Below, one piece after another: positions 25,335 to 38,000 of a DNA stretch of 64,000 bases (the first letter of the stretch is position 1; every line of letters starts with the position of its first letter). A program made the translations under genes and the position numbers. A model generated the notes under the pieces. That model was not told the origin of the DNA, made no database searches, and saw only the letters and a list, made by a program, of their open reading frames with translations. The stretch is from Vitrella brassicaformis CCMP3155 (lineage: Eukaryota; Protista; Chromerida), in assembly GCA_001179505.1 (NCBI GenBank), contig CDMY01000266.1:62001-126000 (forward strand), given 5' to 3'.

Positions 25335-27367
25335 ATGAAGGTGACGGCGAGCCTCATTGTGCGGTTTTCCCTCTTCCTCATCGTCTACTGCGCCCAGCCT
25401 CTCGTTCTCGACATGCTCAAGTTCCAAGGCGCAGCCAGTGTGAGTGAGCAGGGGCATATGCACAGGCTGCAGATCTGAAGGCTCCCCATGTGCATGTGTC
25501 TGTGTCTGTGTGTGTTGATTTGTGTTGTGCAGCCCTCCACCTTCTTGTATCTGTTGCCGCATTACTTGGCTATGGTGCCGGTGGGATTCTTCCCGACAGA
25601 GAAGAAATTCAGGTCAGCGCGAGTATGGGACTCCGAGGCAGTTAGGCAGACAGGGAGGCAGAAATGGCACATCGTGGATCTGCCGCTGTTGCTGTGGCTG
25701 TTGTGTATGAATGTGTGTGTGGTTCCAGTGAGTGCAATTGGTGGAAGGCGGCTGTCGTCAGTTTTCTCGATGTGCTCCACCAGCTCGCCGAGAAAGGTGC
25801 AGAAGAATGATTACTAGACAGATTGACACACTGCATAGCATAGCGTACTTGCCTGTGTGTGTGTGTCTGTGTATGTGTGCATGTCTGTGCCAGCTGGTTT
25901 GGTGTACGCCGGTTCAGCCGTGTACATAGTCATCGGCAGCAGCTCCATCGTCTGGACGGCCGTCCTCTCGGTGCTCATACTCAAAAGGTCTTACACAACC
26001 GCACAGGTACCTACCTATTTACACACACACCCACGCAGGCCAGTGCAACAGAGCCCTACTTGTGAGTGAGACCCACTATGTTCTTTGTGTGTGTCTGTGT
26101 ACTGCGTGTCGTCTCAGTGGTGCGGCATCCTGTTAATCTGTGTGGGTTTGTGCAGCCGTGCGCTGACGCTCAATTTCAGCATCGAGGATGAGGAGTTCTT
26201 CGGAGTGCTGCTCGTCCTGCCGTCAGCCATACTGGTGGGTGAGCGGTGAAAGGATGGGTGTGGACAGGACATGGCGTGTCTGTCTGGTGTGGTGTGGTCT
26301 GATGAATGGCTGGCTGTATGTATGGCTGTATGTATGTGTGGTTAGCATGCGTTGTCGTTTGTGGTGTATGAGAAGTACCTCCATGGAGCTGACGCGATTC
26401 CGGGGACCAAACTGACCGGACTCATGGGGTAAGCGCCAGCTGGGTAATGGGGCGGGCAGCTGCATGGTATCCAACGGTCGAGCTGTCTCTCTCTGTATGT
26501 ATGTGTGTGTGTCATGGGTCTTAGGATAATGTGTGCGGCGGTGCTGTTGGTGTGGACAGGGGTGTGGACGGTCCCGCGGTTCGACACCCTCGTCATCGCA
26601 AACATCAAAGACAAAGGCGGAAGCATATCGGTCAGTCAGTCAGGGATACATCCACAGCACATTGAGCTTACTTACTGTCTGTGTGTGTGTGTGTGTGTGT
26701 GTAGGTGATAGTGTTGGGTTTCATCTTGTTGTATTTTGTGTGCTTCATCCGAGCGAGTGTGCTGTGGTGGATCATCAAGTCACTCGGGGCAGTCTCGGCC
26801 GGCATTCTAAAGGCAAGCAAGAACAACACCACCACCCCACACACGGCTGTCTGTCTGTCTGTCTGTCCGTATGTCTGTCTGTGTGCAGGGCATCCGCACG
26901 GCCACCGTGTTCATTATGGGACACGTGTTGTTTTGTCACCTGCAGCCATCGCAGTGCCTCACGCCGCCCAAGGCACTCGCTGCATCCATCGTACGCTCTT
27001 CTTGATGCGATGCCAACCAATCTTTCGGCACACCCACATGGATGTGTGTGTGTGTGTGTGTCAGTGTGTGCTGGGCGTCATAGTCTATTCTGTGTCGACC
27101 ATCAGCGAGAAACAGAGGGAAGATGAGCATAAGCCGAGCAGCAAAGACGCAATCAAGGTGAGAGCCCACGAACACGCACACTCCATCACACACAGACTCC
27201 GCCACCTGTTCCATCCCTCCCTCTCTGTGTGTGTGTGTGTGAAGGAACGTCTGATCGAGTCAGCTGAGGCGGGCCGGACACTGCCCGCCCCATCGGACAA
27301 CAACAGCACCCCGTCGGCCAAGAAGTGGAAAGCCACACCCTTGGGCGGCTCATTCGCCAACCTCTGA
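25335..27367 (+). CDS. DMT-superfamily transporter (SLC35 / nucleotide-sugar transporter-like), about 11 exons
   Basis: Many hydrophobic exons, including AGSAVYIVIGSSSIVWTAVLSVLILKRSYTTAQ|WCGILLICVGL and VLWWIIKSLGAVSAGILK. Ends GGSFANL* at 27367. Confidence 0.82.
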
Positions 27368-28885
27368 TATATGACCTGGGGGGGCTGGGGAGGGGAGGGG
27401 AGGGGAGGGGGAAGTAGCTGCGCTGCGCTGCGCTGCGTGTGTGAGTGTTTGTTGGTGTAGATATTGACACAGCCGGCCGGCCACGCACTCGCTTAATTGT
27501 GTGTAGAGAGAGGAGACAGACAGACAGACAGACGCCTGAGAGATGGATGGGAGCGTATTGGTTTCGGTCAGCCAAGGCAGCAGCAACTGGGAGGGCGTTT
27601 TAATGCCTCTGACTGATTAGTGAGTGACCGATCGGATCGATCGCAGTGCACAGACATTCTCAGTGGTGACTGACGTTCGTTGTCCATTCAATGGTGACTG
27701 ACTGACAGGCAGACAGGCACACGTCCAAACGTCCAACCAAACAAGAGAATTCGCGACATCCATCCATCCATCCATCCATCGGCCCATAGCCATATAGTCC
27801 ACACACACGCACACTGTCTCAGTGTGTGTGTATGCATGCAGTCAGTGAATGGCAGAAATGCGAGAAGTTGATGTCGGCTGGTGTGTCGGTTCTCTTGGCA
27901 CCCTCGGCACGGTAGCGGCACACCACACGCAACAACACAACTCCATTGATAGCAAGTCGACGCTTCCTGCAGCGTAGGTAGATCGGCGTGGCTGGGCGTA
28001 AGCCATCGTCAAAGCTGGGCAATGCAATGCTGTGTTGCGTGGTCGCCCCGCCCCGCCCCAGCAACGGCAAAGACACCGACACTACCGAGGCAATTGTTTG
28101 ATTCATGTAGACGGATGCTGTGGTACGGTGGATGGACGGGGTGTGTTGTGGGTCTGTCTGTGGCTTGGCTGTCTCTCTCCCTACAGGTCGGCCAGCCAGC
28201 ACGCACACAAATGCAGCCACTCACAGGTAAACCAATCTGTCACTCACTCACTTGCCGCTCTCAGCTCTCTCTCTCTCCCTCTGTCATTAAGCAGATCCCC
28301 CCCGATCACACACAGATGCACAGCACACAAGACACGCAATTCCGCACGGGATGAGAGAAAGGGGCAAAAACGACCACTGGCAGACAGACAGACTGGCAGG
28401 CGGACGGACGGAGGGACCAGCACAAAGCTTCATTTGCACAGGTAAGCGAGCGGGCAGGCAGGTGGGTCTGTGTCTGTCTGCACCGTTGCCGCAGTCAGTC
28501 AGTCAGTGGTCCATACTGATGATGATTTACATACACACACACATGCACATCTGGATGGATGGTGTACAAGAACCCTCAGTCAGCTCCTGGGTGGGCTGGG
28601 CTGCACGGGTCAATTCTAGCCTAGCCACGGCTTCCATTCTCCGACCGACCGATCGGTCAGTCAGTCAGTCAGTCAGGAGACGACAGCAAAAAGAGCGGAT
28701 GGGTGTCACTGGATGGATGGATGGATCAGGCCAACAGCCTGCCGGGCAAACGACCACCTAGCCACACCAAAGACACACACACAGTGAGCACACCCGCCTC
28801 CTTCTCCATCTCTCTCTGTGGCCTCCTCCCTCCGGCTTACTCACCGTCCACTCATCCACCCACAGGTCCGCCAATTACAGCTCGG

Positions 28886-29887
28886 TCACAGCATGCACGT
28901 CTTGTCGTGATGCACCACCACACCGCCACCACCACCAGCCCGCACCCTCGCACCCCTCTCCCTCTCCCGCCCCTTGCCGCGCACCTTCTTCACACGCTCC
29001 CTCTCCCTGTTCCGCCCAGCACCAGCAATATGGTGGTGCTTGGCGTGTTGCCGACAGGCTGCGGGAGGTATGTTAGCGTTGGCTCGGAAGAGCGCCAGGC
29101 CCATCTCGATGTCGTCGTCGCTCTCGCACTCGCTGCTGTCCTCCTCGTGGATGAAGGTGCACGTGGGGATCGGCACGGGGGGAGGCGGAGGAGGGCTGCT
29201 GCGGTCACACGACACACAACACAACACAACACAGCACAACACAACACAAGACAGCACACCACACCAAATGGGTTCCTCTGCGGAGGATGGATACGTGTGT
29301 GTGTGGATGTGGGTTGATTTAATGTGGTTACAAGTGGGTGTGAGCGCGTTTCTTGGCTCGTTCTCGCGAGGACTTGTAGTTGGCCGCTGTGTTGAAATCG
29401 CCCAGGCACACCAAACGCATTGAACCATGACCTGAACACACCACAGACAGACACACGGACGGACAACCGTCGCACACATACAACCTGTGCCAACCAATGC
29501 GTGTAACCGACACCAAAGCCCACCACCCACCTAGTGACGGTGCGGTCTTGACGGCAGCCGCCGATGTGCCCCTCGGCAATAGTGAGGGGCCGACTCGGCC
29601 ACTGATTGAGGGCGAGGCATCGATGGCCTCGCCAGGACGCACAAACAGAAAGTTTCCGCAATGGACGCAATACGCTGACAACCACACACGCACACACGCA
29701 GACAGACCGACAGACAGAGAGGAAAGGCACAAACATTCATCGTGGGGGGTGTGGCCGTGTTTGTTCTCTGTTCTCCTTGTTTCGCTGCCCACTCACTGGT
29801 CTTGCCGTTCTTGCCACTGCACTGCCAGCATATGACGGCATCGCAACTAGCCCGGTCCGCCTGAGTCACTTCCCTCTGGGGCTCCAT
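28886..29887 (-). CDS. Small protein with N-terminal CxxC...CxxC zinc ribbon, acidic patch and basic tail
   Basis: Four phase-compatible exons: MEPQ..VICWQCSGKNGKT|TYCVHCGNFLFVRP..SLG|HGSMRLVCLGDFN..HTH|..EEDSSECESDDDIEMGLALF..KTCML*. Confidence 0.6.
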
Positions 29888-30513
29888 TTATCGGTCACTC
29901 ACACGCAGATCAGCTCAAAAGGCTTCCTTTAGCCACCACACCTCACAGAAGGGATGAAATACACACTCAGACAGTTGGCTTCCTTGCTCGCCCCGCCCTC
30001 CCCGCCCCTGATCAGCTCGCGAGCGGCCGCAGGGAGGCAAAGAGAAGCACCGGTTCAAAAGCTGCGGTGTCCTGCCGCCAATTGGGTCAGTGACTGCTTT
30101 GGCTGACAGGCCGCTGTCTCTTGCGCCAGATGAGAGGCCTCCCTTAGGACAAAGACAGCCAAACCGGCGAGAGGCACCGGGAGGCAGGGAGCGGACAGCC
30201 GTGTGTCGTTGAACTGGCCTTTGAGCGGTGGAGGAGAGGGAGTCGGCCACACCGCTGGCCAGATGTCGGATGGGTGACCGGACTGATTGCTGCCCTTTCA
30301 CTGGCGCAAGCTCCGGATCTTCAAAGGGGACGTACAAGGGGGCGGAGCGATGAGGACGGACAAGCGGGAGAGGCTGCAAACACTGACAGACACTCCCCTG
30401 CCTCTACGCACCTGCTTCCCCGCTTCAGTTGCCTCCCTCTACTCTCGACGATCGTTTTGCATGCTCAGTTCCACCTTCAGCCCCGTTGCAGTTTGCCGAT
30501 CTGCGTCGCCAGC

Positions 30514-32682
30514 ATGGGGGGAGCTAACAAGGACTACTACTTCATCTTGGGGCTGCAACGGTCGACGGCCAAGGATGAGGACATCAAAAGAGCCTACCGG
30601 CAGCTGGCACTCAAGTGGCACCCGGCCAAGTGAGCGCTCTGCGTGTTGCGGGGTGGAATTCAGGCCGCACGGTGCTGATGTTGGTTGTGATGTTGGTTGT
30701 CGGGTGCAGGTATACGGACAGAATAGAGGTGGCTGAGCATCACTTTGCTGAAGTGGCTGAGGCATACGAGGTGGGCCGAGGGAAAGGCAGCGGGGGCCGA
30801 TGGAAAGCACGCACTCATCGTTCCCCGTGTGTCGCTCTCTCTGTCCTGTTTTTTCCTCTCTCTCTCTGTAGGTCTTGTCTGACCGTAGGAATACGAGACG
30901 GGAATGGCTGGCCGGCCATTGCTTGCTGCACCGACTTCGCGTCTCTGTGTGTGTCTGTACGTGTGTGTTCAGCCAAGAAGAGGGCCATCTACGACCAGTT
31001 TGGGGAGACCGGCCTCAAGAATGGCGTCGTCGACCAGACAGGAGGTAAGTCAGACACCCAATGCAACAAACTCCTCCCCCGTGCGCCATGCCTTAATCCA
31101 TTGATGCGTGCAGGCTTCCTTGGGGGTTATCAGTTCACCACGGGGGCCATGCAGGTGTTCCAGCAGTTCATGGGCAAAGAGAGCCCCTTTGGCGCACCTG
31201 CAGCAGGTGTGTCAATGCGTCATCCATCCATCCATCCAACGATCCATCGTCCATAGACATGCCCTGTGTCTGCCTATCTTGCTGTCTGATATCAGAGTTG
31301 GAGGAGGCCTTCACGTGGAGCTCGCTGCACGGAAAGCAGAGCAACAAATGCGACCCTTTACACGTATTTACTCAGATGGACAGACGATCCCGAACACAGA
31401 CGACTGATGACAAATGTGTGCGTGTGTGTGGTTGATTCAGGAGCGTCTCGTGTGCACACTGGAGGAGCTCTACTGTGGCAGCGCCAAGAAAGTCCAAGTG
31501 CAGAGACGCGTAAGCAAGTTGGCATTGTATGTATGCTTCGATGGATGGATGGAATGATCCTCTGTCTGCACACCGCCTGTGTGCGTTGGTGTGTGTGGGT
31601 ATGCAGCGTCTGTCGGCCGACAAGCGCACCACGTTTCTCGAGACGAAATCCTACGTCATCCGCGTCCAGCCAGGTAGGTGTGCAACCAGCCATAGCCATA
31701 CATGCGACGGCACATGTGCGTGTCTGTGTGCGTATGTGTAGGTTGGTGCGACGGCACGACCCTGACGATGGCTGGCGAGGGCAATGAGGAACACCCCAAC
31801 ATGCTCGCCGGTGGGTGACTGTGAGCGTCAACAGACAACCAAGGCCACGCACCCACGCACTCGTCTGTCTGTCTCTCTGTCTCTCTGTCTGTCCGTCCGT
31901 CCGTCCGTCCGTCCGTCTGTGTGCGCCATCCATCAGGCGATTTGGTCTTCACTGTCGAGACAGCTCCACACCCACACTTCACGAGACAAGGTGGCGAAGA
32001 GTGACATCTCTGTGTGTGTGTGTCAATGTGTATGTGTGTGTGCGTGTGTAGGTTTGGATCTGAAGCACGTGGCGTCCATTTCCCTCGTCCAGGCGCTGTC
32101 GGGACATGTTGTTCATGTGGTCAGTCAGCCACTCAGTGACGGACTCTGACACTGCCACCACCGCTCTACCTACCTGTGTGTATGTGTTCATTTTAGCCGC
32201 ATCAGAACGGCACCACTCTCTCCGTGGCCGTCCCTGAAGTCGTCTCGTAAGACAACACGAATCAGTCGATGCACAACCATTCACCACACACACACACACA
32301 CTTTTGCTCTTGTCCGGTGTCTGTTGGTGTCTCCGATGCCCACATGCAGCCCCGACAGTGTCAAGAGGCTCAAAGGGGAAGGGCTGCCAAATCCTGAGAA
32401 ACCCGAAGAAAAGGGTCAGTCAGTTAGTCAGTCTGTCACAGCATCATCACATCATGGCACTTGTACCCTGTGTGTGGATCATGGCTGGGCTGTGCAGGCG
32501 ACATTGTGCTGACGTGGGACATTCGCTTCCCCCCAGCAGTGCGCACCGACCAGAGAAAAGCCCTGGTAGACACCCATACGACAGGGGGCAAGGAACCACC
32601 CTTGTTTACGGCTGCACTGTTTGCTCTCCACTGGCAGGCGCGTATCTTCCCGGAGGGGCCGAGAGCACGCCAGCTGGTGTGA
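30514..32682 (+). CDS. Class II Hsp40, DNAJB13 / radial-spoke RSP16-like
   Basis: [31 protein letters not shown]|..FAEVAEAYE|VLSD|[18 protein letters not shown]. The C-domain contains [33 protein letters not shown] and [12 protein letters not shown]. Confidence 0.88.
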
Positions 32683-33067
32683 AGATTGATTGCTTTGCGT
32701 GGGTGGGGGTCGGGCTGATGGACTGCCTTTCTTTCCGGTGCGAACGACATGACATGCGTCGAGGACACATTTGACTGAATGGATGAGATGATGGCCTGAA
32801 AGTGGTGCACGAGTGCACGAGTGTCAGGGGTGTTTCGTCACACACACATGATATATAAGCGGCTGAGACATACTCTGTATACTTTGCACTTACCGCACCA
32901 TGCTGTCGCACTACTGTACTCTACGGATGTCTACTTGCAGGGCCGGCCAGGTTAAATCATGAGGGGCACCCTCTCTCGGTAACACTGCACACACCAGCAG
33001 CCATAGCAATAAACACATCCACATACATGCATCTCGCCATTCTCCCCTCCTCTGCATCACCCGCATC

Positions 33068-34890
33068 TCACGTACGTTTAGCAACACTCCGCACAAAGCC
33101 AGTAGCCGCTTCCTTCAGCTGCTTCGGCGCTCCCTCTCCCGACGCCATCAGCACACATGTGCGGAAGAAGTCACGCGCATGCTTGATGACAAGCGCAGAC
33201 GGCTCACCGCCCCCATTTCCATCTCCCCTCTCCTCCCCCGCCTCCGGCACGATGGTGTCGATAACTTTCTGGTACCAGGCTCGTATGGCCGCCTTGCTGT
33301 GCATGCGTTTGCCAACACACTCGTCCATGAGAGGCTTGAGCTGCAGGTGGGCGTGGGCTGCGATCTTGTCGGCCTCCTCGACCACGCTGCCGCCACGTAG
33401 TCGTTAAGGGCCTCGGCGCAAAACGCCTCCTTCGCTCCCTGCTGGCCCTGCTCTGAGTGGGTGTAGAGGTGGCTGACGGCAAAGCACGGCGAGGCGGCGT
33501 GGGTGAGCACAGGCGCTTAGCCTTCTTGCCGTTCATCGTCCGAGAAGTCTCGAAGTCGATGGCAGCAAGCTCCGCCGTGTGCGCATTGCGGACTAGAAGA
33601 TTATGCCAGCTGAGGTCTTTGTGTGTATAGCCGGCAGCCGCAAGCATCTCGAGGCAGCGGATGAGATTCAGTACGGCGACGCACCGAACTCGCCAATCGG
33701 CGATTGGCGCATGTGGGTCACCGCAGTGCTCCCCTCTGATCATGTCCAATAGCGTGATTCCTGGACACAGAAACACGCACGCATGTCAGTGGAATTGTGA
33801 CTGCAGGGCGAGCAGGTCTACCTCCTTGATGAGCTTCTTTTCCCGCCGCAACACCACCTTATCCCCCTCCAGCGCACACGACAGCCGACCGCTCTGCTCC
33901 TGTGGGATCAGCTTGAGCTGTGTGATCGTCCGTGCGATGTTACCATTCGATGATCTCCCGACATCTTCCATGACGACACATATGCCCACCCTCCCCTCGT
34001 CATCCACACCATCAGGCCGGAGCCGCTCCACATCAGATGCACAGTGAAAGATGCGTGGGACAGCCAGCGATGAACTTCGGTGGCTTGCCGTCTTGCCGAA
34101 TGACGCGGATGTGCTCCTTGGTCTGGTCCCACTGGAAATGCCGGACCCCAAGGCCACGCCGTCTAGCTTCAGGGACAATTGATGTGCTGACACGCCTTAG
34201 GGCCCGCTCGTAGATGGCAGCGCTCGCAGGGCCGAGGTCCGCCTCGCAGTACTGCTTGCTCACGTAGGCCATAATGTCCTTCCATGCACCTCAGAACGGC
34301 CTTTTCTTCTTGAAAGCCGACCGCCGTGTACCTGGGCAGAAGCAGCAGCAGCGGGCACAGTGTTTGGGATGGATGGGTGAGGCGGAGGCGCTGGCGTGGC
34401 CTGCTGCGCACACAAGACAAGCAGCACATCAGTGCACTTGAAAGAGATCGTGGTGCGTTGATGTGCTGACCACAACGGTGGCTACGGTGGCAACATGGTT
34501 GACGAAGTTGAATACGTACTGGTCGACCGAGATGTTGGTGCACTGATTGATGAGCATGGGGCTCCTGCCTGCCGACAGATGGCCGCACACCAAGATCAAC
34601 ACCTGCAACACAACCAAAGGAACCAAACTGATCAATGAGCGTGTATGCTTGTGGCCCTGCTCACCGTCCTGTCCGCTGGAACTGCCCTCCAGCCTTCTCA
34701 CAGACCTTGACCACCTTGCGGCCCACGTCCGAACAAGTATTTCCTTCCCCACTCCTCGGACCAGGGCATCGCGTACCGAGGACGAAGCCGCTTCTTCCTC
34801 GTCGGCGGCTCAGGATAGGCCTGTCAGTGGGGAGCACGCCCGGTCCCACGCCACGGGATAAACAGGATGCGCCTGACTGTTGAGGCGCCA
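33068..34890 (-). pseudogene. Frameshifted protein-kinase-like pseudogene; 5' limit uncertain
   Basis: Motifs CVVMEDVG, YTHKDLSWHNLLV and AAIDFETSR. Frame switches at ~33510 and ~33385, and a stop or frameshift near 34290 upstream of KDIMAYVSKQY. Confidence 0.6.
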
Positions 34891-35056
34891 TGCAGCTCAA
34901 ATTCACGTGACGGCTAAATCATAAAAAACCAAAAGTTTCCGTCTCCGATTCTCGACAATGTTTGCGAGCTCAATTCGCGCAGATCTGTTGCTTTGCTGCA
35001 TCTGACATTCCGAGGATGTTGGACACTCTGTCCAGGTCGTCTACGACAGACCATGA

Positions 35057-38000
35057 ATGACGACGATGCGTCCCATCAATAAACGCCTCTCATTGCCCTC
35101 CCTCTTCCTTCTCATCCTCTCGTGGCCCTCTCCCCATCGCATCTGTTTTGCGCGTGATGCGGGACTCGATGCGGGAGCATTCACCAGCATCGCTCTGCCC
35201 ATCGAGCAGCGCGTCAACGTTCCTCTCGTCCACCAGCTCATCACCAACGAGACACTCCGAGCAGAGGCCCTTCGCAGCCGCTTTCCCGCCATCTTCTACA
35301 ACAGCAGCGGCGGCAGCGGTAGCAATGAGTCCTTTTCGTTTTCGTTTCCATCCCCGTCGTCGCTGGAGGAGACCAGCCCCCATCACGGCGAGAAGGGCAA
35401 GGCAGACAAGGACAAGAAGCCCACGCGAGAGGTGCTGAGCGTCGCCAACTATGACGACCTAGAGGTAGGCCACACCACACCGCGCGACGCCTCGCCACAC
35501 GACGCCATGAATGCATCCAATGCACGAGTGACTGTGGTTCATGGCTGGCTCTGCAGTACTCGAGCACAATCCATGTGGAGGGGAGGTCTTTTGTGGTGAC
35601 GGTCGACACAGGGAGTTCCTATTTATGGCTGCCGGGCAAGGACTGCCGCGCCTGCGCTGACGTCGACCACGACATCGGCTGCGATGAGTGCGCCGGCTCC
35701 TCCCGCCTCCCCGACTGCACAAACCCGCTCAACGAGCCAGTGGACCTCCACTACGTCAGTGGCAGGGCCAAGGGCGCCCTGTGCAAAGGCAAGGTGGCGC
35801 TGGGCGCATTCGAGCTGACTGAACAGGTGTATGCCCACATATCGAGGACCGACCACGCCTTCGCAGATGGCACTTCGAGCGATGGGGTGCTGGGTTTGGG
35901 GTTCCGGGACGACACTGGCAAGAGCTACCCCACTGTGATGGAAAGCATTGTCGCGCACAAGCTGCTGGACCGGCCGACGATTTCCTTCATCTTGACGAGT
36001 GGAGGGAGAAGAGGGTCTCAGCTGGTGCTCGGCTCACCGCCGTGGACATCACGGTTGGCGGCAACGGCGAGATGGATGTGCATAGAGCACTGCTCACGTG
36101 TGTGTGTGTGTGTGTTTGTGTGTGTTTCAGGTTTGCATACCCTTTGCCTGTGTTGGATCGCGCTCACTGGATGGTACGATTCACCTCTGTGTCGGGCTAT
36201 GTGCCGAACCTCGAACACAACAAAGTGGAGAGGTGGGCGTTCAGACACACACACACACACACACACGTCTGCGTACGGAGGTGTATTCATATGATGACTG
36301 GAGATTGTGTGTGTGTGTGTGTGTGTGTGTGGATTGCAGGCGGCCTCTGCCGGTGGCTACTAGGGCCATCGTTGACACAGGGTCATCGTTGATACACACG
36401 CCGACAGACCCACTCGCATTCCCACTGCTCCTTCAGAACATCGTAAGCACAACACAGCACCCTCATGTGTCATCCATCCACCCATCTAAGTGGCTCTCTC
36501 CCAGGCCCCTCCTGAGCTCGAGCTGCTGACGACTGGCTGTACCAACGTCAAGCCACATGTGCCCAACACGCCCATCCACTGCCCCTGCCACAACACACAC
36601 GCCTGGCGGCCCTTCAGCTTCGACATATGGGACGTCACCTTCACCATCGGACCCAACGAGTACTTCATTCCGGGCCTCAACGACGAGGAGGACGAGACCA
36701 GCTGCACCCTGGGCGTGGTGTCGACCGACGTGTTGGGGGGCCGGGGGGGCGAGGGCGTCTGGCTGCTCGGCGATGTGTTCCTCAAAAAGTTAGTAGTGAG
36801 ACAGAAAGGCGGAAGAAACCTGGAGAGATGCAGTGTGTGAGTGTGTGTGTGCAGGTGGGCATCGACATTCGATTTCGGCATGCGGACGGTGGCCTTCTCC
36901 GGGTCCTTCCCCGGCGGGCCGTGCGACAAGGACAAGAAGCACGACGACAAGGACGACTCATCCGGCGGCTTCAGCATCGAGGGCTGGCTCAACAAACAGG
37001 AGTCCAAGCAGTGCAAGGGAGAGGAGCCCGAGGAGCCCAAAGAGCTCGAGCAGCTGGAGAACAACGTGACCCAATGGCTGCGGCAATATGGGCCCTACAT
37101 CCTCGCGGGGGTGTCGACTCTCGTCGTCTTAGCGGCCATCGCCTATTTCCTGCACAAGCGGGGCCCACAGCCGGTGCCGGACACATTGCCCGTTGTCTTG
37201 TCATACCGAACGCCATCTGTGGCCCCTCTGGCGAGCTACGAGGCGCCCCCGCATTCATCGGTGCCTTCGTCGGCCCCGCCCCCGCCCCCCTCACTCCCGC
37301 CGCCCTCATACATATCATCCACGTACGTCCTCAGCCACAGACACAGACACACAGACGCACAACACATCTATCTGTCCGGTATGTGCATCACTCTGCCTGA
37401 AGGCCTCCCCGTTCGCCTCCTCCCCCACTGCACAAGCCACCGACGCCCCGCGCCGTCACGTTTCACGAGCTGCTGGGCGAGGAGAATGAGCGGCTGGCAG
37501 AGGAGGGCGCGGTGCTGCTGTATGCGGTCCCGGTGTACAATCGAAGGGGCGATCGCAACGTGCCGTGGCGCGCGTGTGACCTGGTCTACTACTCGAGCAC
37601 CAAGAGGGCATGGTGTCGGATCGAGATGGCTTACCTTGAGAAGGACCCTCTCAATGGAGATGTGCTCTTCAGAGGTGCGGTGGGTGGGCATGGCCGTGTA
37701 TGTCGTGCACCATTGTGAGTGTGGATGGGTGGATGTCTGCAGGTGTGCTGCCGTACGAAGACAGCGACGTGGGGACGCCCTTCTACGTCATCGACCGATT
37801 CTCGAGCGACAGGGACCACCCAAACGCCTTCTGCGGTAAGTACCTTCATCGTGTGTGTATATGCGACTGCACACAAGGAAGGCCCCAGTGAGTTGAGTGA
37901 GTTGAGTGCATGAGTTAATGCTGTCGTTCGTGTGATCGTCCACATGCAGGTGAGAGGGAGCGGTCTGGTGCTCTGGATGGCAACTATTACAGTCTGCTCA

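Noticed and set aside
29915-30379. 154-aa minus-strand ORF upstream of the zinc-ribbon gene
   Set aside because: No recognisable domain or phase-compatible splice link. It probably covers the divergent promoter/UTR region.
32950-34925. gg(t/c)taaatcat at both ends of the kinase pseudogene as element termini
   Set aside because: Short, imperfect and in direct orientation, with no further similarity, so it may be chance.
36030-36130. Apparent frameshift in the aspartic protease after GSQLVLG
   Set aside because: Resolved by a phase-2 intron (CG|GTTGGC...TTTCAG|G), giving GSPPWTSRFAYPLP.
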